In this document: positions 57,300 through 64,000 of the stretch, in pieces | Numbering within the stretch: position 1 is the first letter of the stretch | Layout of the letters: each line of letters opens with the position of its first letter | Source: an uncultured Poribacteria bacterium | GTDB taxonomy: Bacteria; Poribacteria; WGA-4E; WGA-3G | Direction: 5' to 3' | Assembly: GCA_958296135.2 (NCBI GenBank) | Contig: CATQHZ020000001.1 | Coordinates: forward strand, 2,208,001-2,272,000 | Length of the DNA stretch: 64,000 nt | Program-made: the position numbers and the translations under genes | Notes under the pieces: generated by a model | Seen by the model: the letters and a program-made list of their open reading frames with translations, nothing else | Told to the model about the DNA's origin: nothing | Database searches by the model: none

Positions 57300-57497
57300 C
57301 TACTGCCCCCCTCGTTGAATATAGTTCTCGACGAATTCCTCCGAGTCTTCTTCCAGAATGTCGTCGATTTCGTCAAGCAGCTCGTCTAAATCTTCGGCGA
57401 ACTCCTCGTCCATTCCAGCGTCTACAGCAGTAGGCTGGATATCTTCGGTTTCATCGACGCGGCGTTCAAGATGTTCCTGCTGTCTTTCGGTAGACAT
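57300..57497 (-). CDS. pup: Prokaryotic ubiquitin-like protein Pup
   Basis: Acidic 65-aa protein ending DELLDEIDDILEEDSEEFVENYIQRGGQ; AAGGAG RBS. Confidence 0.95.
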   Translation of the reverse strand: MSTERQQEHLERRVDETEDIQPTAVDAGMDEEFAEDLDELLDEIDDILEEDSEEFVENYIQRGGQ

Positions 57498-57563
57498 TGC
57501 GTTCTCCTTTTTCTCTTCGGGACAGACGCAGCCCCATACCCAGCGGCAGATGGCTTTTGCGTC

Positions 57564-59051
57564 CTATGCTGAAGCGTTTGCTTTAATATGCTGCACGAGT
57601 TCTTCTACCGAACAGGAGTCCAGCAGCTCGCCAACAATCCGTTCTGTGCCGAAGTGCGGACGCTCCATCATGATTTTGTCCAGGCCCCTTGAGCCTTTAA
57701 AAACCATGGAGTTCCAACTGGCACTATGAATGTGATTCGGAAACTTTCGTAAACAGGTGCCGCGAAAGTAGGCACGCGTATCGGCTGGCGGATAGTTCAT
57801 CGCATGAAGAATCTCTTGCACGGTAAGCAACCTTTCAACATGCCCATTTTTCAGCAACCGTAGGTAAAGCCCTTTCGCGGGACGAATGTCATGATACTGC
57901 AAGTCAAGCATCCGCACACGCGCATCGTTCCCCTTCAACCCGTGCCGCTTGCGGTATGCCTCTATTAATTTCTTCTTGATAACCCAATCGAGATGACGGC
58001 TCAGAAGCATCGGATCTTTCTCCAAGCCCGTCAACACGTAGTCCCATTTTTTCAGAACGTCTTTGGTGAGCGATGAAACACCGACAGAGAGATGCTGTCG
58101 CGCTAATTGGAGGTAGGCGCGTTGGACCTCAATCGGACTCCACAGCCGCCCATCTGCAAGCTCTATCGGGTTTTTACATGATAAATCCCGCGAGATGCTT
58201 TTTATCGCCGCAACCGGTTCTTTCAATCGGAATTTCTCGCCGATAACCCCCTTCTCGATCAATTGGAGGACGATAGAGGTAATGCCCATCTTCAAATAGA
58301 TGCTGAATTCGGACATGTTAGAATCGCCGACGATAACATGCAAACGGCGATAGTGCTTCTCATCAGCGTGTGGTTCGTCGCGCGTGTTAATCAGCGGCCG
58401 ATCTACCATAGTGCTGAGCCCGACTTCTTTCTGAAAGAAATCGGCGCGTTGTGAGAGCTGATACGCTGTCTCCTCCGTGCCATGCTCGGCTCCGACTTTG
58501 CCGCTCCCTGTAATCACGATTCGGGTGACGAGGAACGGCGTGAGCCCATTAACGATGGCATCAAACGGCACTTCGCGCGACATCAGATAGTTCTCATGCG
58601 AACCGTAACTATGCCCTTTGTAATCGGTGTTGTTTTTATAAATGATAATTTCTTGGTTGTCCAGCAAGAGCTGTTCCGCCGCATCTCTGCTGACATCCAA
58701 AATAAACTCGCCCGCCTTTTCATAAAGCAGCAGCGAGCGCGCATTGGTGCATTCAGGGGTGCAATACTCCGGGTGCGCGTGATCTACGTAGTAACGCCCG
58801 CCGTTCAGCAAGATGTCATTGGCAACGCTGTTCTCGATCGAGTGGATAGCGGGGCCTTCCCCATCGGCGACAAACCCGCGCGCATCCACTAACGGACTCT
58901 CCTGCTCATAATCCCACGTGATAGACTCGGCCCTATCCCTACTGTAGGCGTTGACAACAAGCGTTGACGCGGCGACCGGGTCTTGCTCACGCGCATGTTT
59001 CACCGAGATACCGTATTCGGTCTCTGTGCCCATGATTATGGGTATGTCCAT
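57564..59051 (-). CDS. dop: Depupylase/deamidase Dop
   Basis: MGTETEYGI, WDYEQESP, NGGRYYVDHAHPEY (Dop-type), DTRAYFRG, ASW. Confidence 0.92.
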   Translation of the reverse strand: MDIPIIMGTETEYGISVKHAREQDPVAASTLVVNAYSRDRAESITWDYEQESPLVDARGFVADGEGPAIHSIENSVANDILLNGGRYYVDHAHPEYCTPECTNARSLLLYEKAGEFILDVSRDAAEQLLLDNQEIIIYKNNTDYKGHSYGSHENYLMSREVPFDAIVNGLTPFLVTRIVITGSGKVGAEHGTEETAYQLSQRADFFQKEVGLSTMVDRPLINTRDEPHADEKHYRRLHVIVGDSNMSEFSIYLKMGITSIVLQLIEKGVIGEKFRLKEPVAAIKSISRDLSCKNPIELADGRLWSPIEVQRAYLQLARQHLSVGVSSLTKDVLKKWDYVLTGLEKDPMLLSRHLDWVIKKKLIEAYRKRHGLKGNDARVRMLDLQYHDIRPAKGLYLRLLKNGHVERLLTVQEILHAMNYPPADTRAYFRGTCLRKFPNHIHSASWNSMVFKGSRGLDKIMMERPHFGTERIVGELLDSCSVEELVQHIKANASA

Positions 59052-59167
59052 ATTGCTTACCAATTTAACTTAGCCGCCAGATTACCGGAAGGGCAGCCGC
59101 TTGCCGTGAACCATCTACGGAACCGCCTGACGAGAGACAGGCACGCGTACTACGGACTGAACCGTTT

Positions 59168-60970
59168 TTAGAGGAACGTCCCGCCGCGGGTGACACGCAC
59201 ATCTTGTTTCTTGTCGTGCCCGGGTTCATTACTCAAGGCGCGGAGGTTGACAATCTTCTCGCCCTTCCTGCCTGAAATTTTCGCCCAGTCATCGGGGTTC
59301 GTGGTATTCGGCAGATCTTCGTTTTCGTGGTATTCCTCGCGAATGGCCCCTTTAAGATCTGCGAGGGAAATCCCCTTTTCTTGCCCTTCGGAGGCGATGA
59401 GCCGCTTAATCGCGCGCTTCTTCGCACGCGAGACGATGTTTTTAATCATCGCACCGCTGACAAAATCCTTGAAAAAGAGGGTTTCGCGTTCGCCACGCGC
59501 GTAGGTAACCTCAATGAACCGATTTTCATCGGTTGTCGCATACATTTCATTAACTGCCCCCTCAATGAGATGCCCCGCGATTGCGTGCGCATCGCCGTTG
59601 AACTGCTCGGATTCATCTGTGGCGAAGGGGAGTTCCGGGGTGAGGTATATCCCGAAGATATCCTTGGCACCGTCCATGTTAGGCCGGTCGATCTTGATTT
59701 TAATATCAAGTCGGCCGGGACGTAAAACGGCGGGATCGAGCAGGTCCTGCCGGTTGCTCGCGCCGATGACAATAACATCGTGCAGATTCTCCACGCCATC
59801 AATTTCGGAGAGGAACTGCGGCACCAGTGTCGATTCCATATCCGATGAGATACCCATGCCCCTGGAACGGAAAAGCGAGTCCATTTCGTCAAAGAAAATA
59901 ATGACAGGAAAGCCCTCCCGCGATTTGTCGCGCGCTTTTTGGAATACCTCACGGATCTTCCGTTCAGTCTCCCCGACGTACTTGTTCAGGAGCTCAGGGC
60001 CTTTGATGTTAATGAAATAACTCCGCACGTCGTCCCTGCCGGTCTGCTTTCGGACGCGCGCGGCGATGCTGCTGGCAACAGCGCGGGCGATCAACGTTTT
60101 GCCGCACCCAGGCGGCCCATAGAGTAGCACGCCTTTCGGCGGTGAGAGGTTGAACTCCTGATATTCCTCCGGATAGAGATAAGGCATTTCAATGGCATCG
60201 CGGATAGATTCTATCTGCGTATCCAAGCCGCCTATGTCGCCGTATCCGATATCCGGCACTTCTTCTAGCAGCAAGTCCTCAACTTCCCGTTTAGGGAGTT
60301 TTTCGATGAGCATGCCGCTGCCGTGTTCAAGGAGGACGTTATCGCCTACCTTCATCGGTTCATCCTTGAGTACGTCTGCCACCCTAACGAGGCGTTCCTC
60401 ATCGGTGCGGAGGTTGACGATGGCGCGTTCATCGCTAAGGCGTTCCTTAACTTTGACAACATCGCCGTGCTGTTCAGCCGGTTTGATGCCGACAACGTTC
60501 ATCCCGCTATTGACGATGACCTGCTGTCCTACCTCGAGGTCCTTCGGTTTGATGCCCGGGTCCAGGTTGACGCGCCACTTTCTGCCGCTGACATCAATAT
60601 CCACGGTGCCATCGTCGTTTAATCCCAGGAAAACCCCGTAGTTATTCGGCGGCGCGCTGAGTTGTTCAACCTTCTCCTTGAGGATTTCCAATTTCTCTTT
60701 CGCATCTTGGAGGACACTAGTGAGTTGCCGGTTGCGGCGATGCGCCTGTATCAACTCGCGCTTCATGTCGTAGAGGCGCGCATTAGCATCTTCGGGCCCG
60801 ACACGTTCTTGGCTTTTCAGCACTTCGATTTCGCGCTGGAGCTGGTCGATCGTCCACTTGAGGTGTCCGATTTGTTCTTGATACCATGCCTCCTCGTCTA
60901 TCGGTTGCTCCGCATCGGATTCCAATGTATCAAGGAAGGAATCTTTGGGATTTCCTCTTTTTCTAGCCAT
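59168..60970 (-). CDS. arc: Proteasome-associated ATPase ARC/Mpa
   Basis: N-terminal coiled coil, PP hinge, OB region, GPPGCGKT, KGPELLNKYVGE, FFDEMDS, EDLPNTTNPDDWAKISG. Confidence 0.95.
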   Translation of the reverse strand: MARKRGNPKDSFLDTLESDAEQPIDEEAWYQEQIGHLKWTIDQLQREIEVLKSQERVGPEDANARLYDMKRELIQAHRRNRQLTSVLQDAKEKLEILKEKVEQLSAPPNNYGVFLGLNDDGTVDIDVSGRKWRVNLDPGIKPKDLEVGQQVIVNSGMNVVGIKPAEQHGDVVKVKERLSDERAIVNLRTDEERLVRVADVLKDEPMKVGDNVLLEHGSGMLIEKLPKREVEDLLLEEVPDIGYGDIGGLDTQIESIRDAIEMPYLYPEEYQEFNLSPPKGVLLYGPPGCGKTLIARAVASSIAARVRKQTGRDDVRSYFINIKGPELLNKYVGETERKIREVFQKARDKSREGFPVIIFFDEMDSLFRSRGMGISSDMESTLVPQFLSEIDGVENLHDVIVIGASNRQDLLDPAVLRPGRLDIKIKIDRPNMDGAKDIFGIYLTPELPFATDESEQFNGDAHAIAGHLIEGAVNEMYATTDENRFIEVTYARGERETLFFKDFVSGAMIKNIVSRAKKRAIKRLIASEGQEKGISLADLKGAIREEYHENEDLPNTTNPDDWAKISGRKGEKIVNLRALSNEPGHDKKQDVRVTRGGTFL

Positions 60971-61125
60971 TCCGGGAAGTTCTCCTGACTGCAAGCCGCT
61001 CGCTTGCGCGGTTAACATCTCAAACACGAAAAGACGCTGAGTCTATTCACAACCAATCCGGTCGGTGCAGTCTCCAAGGCGCGCCGACCGGCACATGCAG
61101 CACCCGCGTGAGTGCTGCATTACAA

Positions 61126-61154
61126 AGTATAACACGTGGAAAAAATGATGTCAA
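61126..61154 (-). promoter_or_regulatory. Sigma70 promoter of the Pup-proteasome operon
   Basis: TTGACA-N17-TATACT with TG extension on the minus strand. Confidence 0.65.
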
Positions 61155-61209
61155 GAAAAATTGCGTTCCGATTTTTCCACGAACGGGAGAGCGGATAGAG
61201 AAATCCACC

Positions 61210-62280
61210 CTAACCAGCCGAAACCACTGCTTCCTCCTCGCCCGCCGCCACAATTTCCGGCCCCGGGTCGTCTTCGGTAGCCGGTTGTGGAGAAAGGGAG
61301 AGCGCGTCCCGAATCTGCCTCTCGAGTTTATCAGCAATTTCCGGATTATCCTCCAAGAACCGCTTGACATTGTTCCTGCCTTGGCCGATGCGTTCGCCAT
61401 CATAAGAGAACCAGGAACCACTCTTTTGGATGAATTCCTGTTCAACAGCGATATCCAAAAGATTGCCGACTTTGGAAATCCCCTCGCCGAAGGTAACGTC
61501 GTATTCTGCCTCTTTGAAAGGCGGCGCGACCTTGTTTTTCACAACCTTGACGCGCGTGCGGGTTCCAAGGATATCCGTACCCTCTTTTATCTGTTGGCCG
61601 CGGCGCATCTCTAAACGGACAGAAGCGTGGAACTTCAGCGCGAGTCCACCGGGAGTTGTATCCGGATTGCCGAACATCACGCCGATTTTCTGGCGGATCT
61701 GGTTGGTAAAGATAACGCAGGTTTGGGATTTATTGGTGACACCTGACAGTTTCCGGAGCGCCTTGGACATCAAGCGCGGCAGCAAGCCGACATGCGCGTC
61801 GCCCATTTCACCCTCGATTTCTGCCTGCGGTGTCAACGCCGCTACGGAGTCAATAATCACCAGATCGATGGCACCGCTCCGGATGAGCGTCTCAACAATC
61901 TCTAGTGCTTGTTCTCCGGCATCGGGCTGGGCGATGAGCAGGTTCTCCATGTTCACGCCGATGCTGCGGGCATAAGTGGTATCTAGGGCATGCTCCACGT
62001 CAACAAAAACGGCGGTGCCGCCCAATCTTTGCGCCTCGGCGACGATATGGAGGCACAGTGTGGTTTTTCCGGTGCCTTCATGGCCATAAATTTCAATGAT
62101 TCTGCCGCGCGGCACGCCGCCGACTCCAAGTGCGAGATCGAGGGCAAGCGAGCCAGTCGGAATAGCTTCAACCGGGACGACTTCGCCATCGGTGAAACGC
62201 ATAATCGCGCCTTTGCCGAATTCGCGTTCGATCTGCGAAATCGCCTGGTCGATGACTTTTTGTTTCTTTGCGTCTAACAT
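61210..62280 (-). CDS. recA: Recombinase A
   Basis: [50 protein letters not shown]. Confidence 0.97.
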   Translation of the reverse strand: MLDAKKQKVIDQAISQIEREFGKGAIMRFTDGEVVPVEAIPTGSLALDLALGVGGVPRGRIIEIYGHEGTGKTTLCLHIVAEAQRLGGTAVFVDVEHALDTTYARSIGVNMENLLIAQPDAGEQALEIVETLIRSGAIDLVIIDSVAALTPQAEIEGEMGDAHVGLLPRLMSKALRKLSGVTNKSQTCVIFTNQIRQKIGVMFGNPDTTPGGLALKFHASVRLEMRRGQQIKEGTDILGTRTRVKVVKNKVAPPFKEAEYDVTFGEGISKVGNLLDIAVEQEFIQKSGSWFSYDGERIGQGRNNVKRFLEDNPEIADKLERQIRDALSLSPQPATEDDPGPEIVAAGEEEAVVSAG

Positions 62281-62431
62281 TTTATCGGATTTCTCCTCTG
62301 TTTGTCGCGGATAGAACTATCCACGTTTGCCCAAGAAAAGGGCACTAACGAGGCAGAGAGTCGCGCCTCTCAAACCCAGCGTATTATAGATTGCCTGCCC
62401 GGATGCAACTGACTAGAGCCCCGCGCTCGTC

Positions 62432-62740
62432 CTAGAAAAAGGTACTGATGAGGGCCAAGAGCAGCGTCGCGCAGCCGCCGATGATAATGCCCATAATGAT
62501 GAGCTTGCGGTTCTCGTGTTTTTCCCGCGCCTCCATTTTGGTGAGAATCACACGCACATCCTCTCTCACGGCTTGTATCTCGCGGCGGTTTTCCTCAATA
62601 CCGCGACTGTTCTCAACGACAACACGGCGCGTATTCGCCTGCTCGGTTTCCACGCGCACCAGCCGCGCCTTTACAGCTTCCCGGAATTCCTGATCAGACC
62701 TTCTTTCCCTCCCCGCGTTTTTCAGCGAGGGAAATGACAA
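62432..62740 (-). CDS. Small coiled-coil protein with C-terminal TM helix; start uncertain
   Basis: Heptad-like charged region followed by LIIMGIIIGGCATLLLALISTFF; only a TTG start overlapping thpR is available at the 5' end. Confidence 0.5.
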   Translation of the reverse strand: MSFPSLKNAGRERRSDQEFREAVKARLVRVETEQANTRRVVVENSRGIEENRREIQAVREDVRVILTKMEAREKHENRKLIIMGIIIGGCATLLLALISTFF

Positions 62741-63303
62741 ATTTTTAACGGCGTGTAGACAGCACCTTTCGGATGCAGTTGGCTCCGCATTAAGACCATT
62801 TCATTCACGTTCACGGTAGCCTCATCAATTATATCATATTTCTTAAAAAGATGCATCAGCGGCCCCAGATTTACCCGGTTCCGCAACCGCGCGAGGGTGA
62901 GATGCGGATGAAACCGACTTTCTGCCGGATAGCCGACGCGTGCTAACTGAAGGTTCACCGCTTCTGCCAACCGTTTGATAGCAGCCGCGCCCTGTTTTAC
63001 GCCTACCCACAGGACTCGCGGCCGGTTCAGATGCGGAAACGCACCTATTCCCCCGATTTCTAGTGAGAAGGGACGCTGCGCCGCCGCGACCGGCTGCAGT
63101 GCCGCGCTCACCTCGTCAATCGCGTCAGGATGGACATCGCCGAGGAACTTCAACGTGAGGTGGAAATTGCCGGGCTTCGTCCACGATGCACGGCCGCCAG
63201 CAGACTGCACCGCCGAACGCAGCGTCTCTTGTATCGGCGGCAGCAACGCCTGCACCGCCCCCGGGACCTCAACGGCTACAAAACAGCGGATATTTTGCAT
63301 CAC
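62722..63303 (-). CDS. thpR: RNA 2',3'-cyclic phosphodiesterase (2H family)
   Basis: Two HLT motifs (FHLTLKFLG, HPHLTLAR), GAFP...PRVLW, GAVY. Confidence 0.92.
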   Translation of the reverse strand: MMQNIRCFVAVEVPGAVQALLPPIQETLRSAVQSAGGRASWTKPGNFHLTLKFLGDVHPDAIDEVSAALQPVAAAQRPFSLEIGGIGAFPHLNRPRVLWVGVKQGAAAIKRLAEAVNLQLARVGYPAESRFHPHLTLARLRNRVNLGPLMHLFKKYDIIDEATVNVNEMVLMRSQLHPKGAVYTPLKICHFPR

Positions 63304-63908
63304 TTGTCAACTCCTGAATCATTGCCATCGGTGGTTTGCATCAACTTATAGAGGGATTTGCGGTTCCGAACAAGGAATTCCAGTCCCGATACGACTGTCA
63401 GCACCAACGGGAGATACATCATAAAGTAGATGGGGCCCCGCGCTTGAACAACACTCTCCGAATCGCCCCAAAACGCCAGCAACGCGAGGCTAATGGAGAT
63501 GACGATGAGTTGCGAGAGCGTCTTGTATTTGCCCCATCTATTTGCCGATACCACCTCTCCATCTACCGTCACAAAAACAACGCGCAGCCCTGTGACGATG
63601 AGCTCCCTGCCGATAATCGTCACCACCATCCATGCAGGCACCAGGCCGCCCTCAAAACGGGTTAAGCAGATTAACGCAGCCGCTACCAATAACTTATCCG
63701 CGAGCGGATCCATGAATTTCCCGAAGCCGGTCACGCCTTGCTTTCGGGCAACCCTGCCATCAAAATGGTCTGTCGCAGCGGCAAACCCGAAGATAAGCAG
63801 CGCGGGCAGCATCAAATTCGCACGGAAACAGAGCATTAACGGCGGAACCAGTAATAGCCGTAAAAGCGTGAGGAGATTTGCCAACCGTAACAGAGTGCGG
63901 AAATTCAT
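63300..63908 (-). CDS. pgsA: CDP-diacylglycerol--glycerol-3-phosphate 3-phosphatidyltransferase
   Basis: NLLTLLR, TDHFDGRVAR...GKFMDPLADKLL, GRELIVTGLR, GKYKT; start uncertain. Confidence 0.9.
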   Translation of the reverse strand: MNFRTLLRLANLLTLLRLLLVPPLMLCFRANLMLPALLIFGFAAATDHFDGRVARKQGVTGFGKFMDPLADKLLVAAALICLTRFEGGLVPAWMVVTIIGRELIVTGLRVVFVTVDGEVVSANRWGKYKTLSQLIVISISLALLAFWGDSESVVQARGPIYFMMYLPLVLTVVSGLEFLVRNRKSLYKLMQTTDGNDSGVDK

Positions 63909-64000
63909 AAGCGTTGTGCTATCGCCAATAGCGGCAGCGGTCCCCCGGTAGGAGAGTCCTCCGCGTCTCGATGCAATACCGTGTTGTGCCATCGCCAATG

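Noticed and set aside
1-64000. tRNA, rRNA, IS transposase/RAYT, integrase or prophage genes
   Set aside because: No recognisable motifs were found; intergenic hairpins are explained by the REP families.

Overview
Gene-dense bacterial window of moderately high GC. I infer it comes from Candidatus Poribacteria or a relative, based on the Uma2 expansion, a PhyH dioxygenase, a lamin-tail-domain surface protein and C-terminal 'V.P...LTT[W/F]..[L/V]K' tails; this is not verified. Housekeeping content: a dppBC-like permease pair, sbcDC, iscU/iscA-like genes, mqnE-mqnA-fur, trpS, priA, udg, rpsB-tsf-frr-cdsA-dxr-rseP, rtcB, ppdK and pgsA-thpR-recA. It also holds a complete Pup-proteasome operon (arc-dop-pup-prcB-prcA-pafA) and two restriction-modification-type genes. 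The main unexplained structure is a pervasive family of GTAG-footed palindromic (REP-like) elements. These (i) form two co-oriented ~0.8-0.9 kb mosaic arrays bracketing a promoter + C8-tract leader ORF + 1358-aa surface-protein cassette, (ii) sit in-frame inside priA, mqnA and other genes, and (iii) supply stop codons. There is also a four-copy mosaic tandem array of Uma2 nucleases. I could not support any tRNA, rRNA, CRISPR array or transposase. All product calls come from motif recognition by eye, not database searches.
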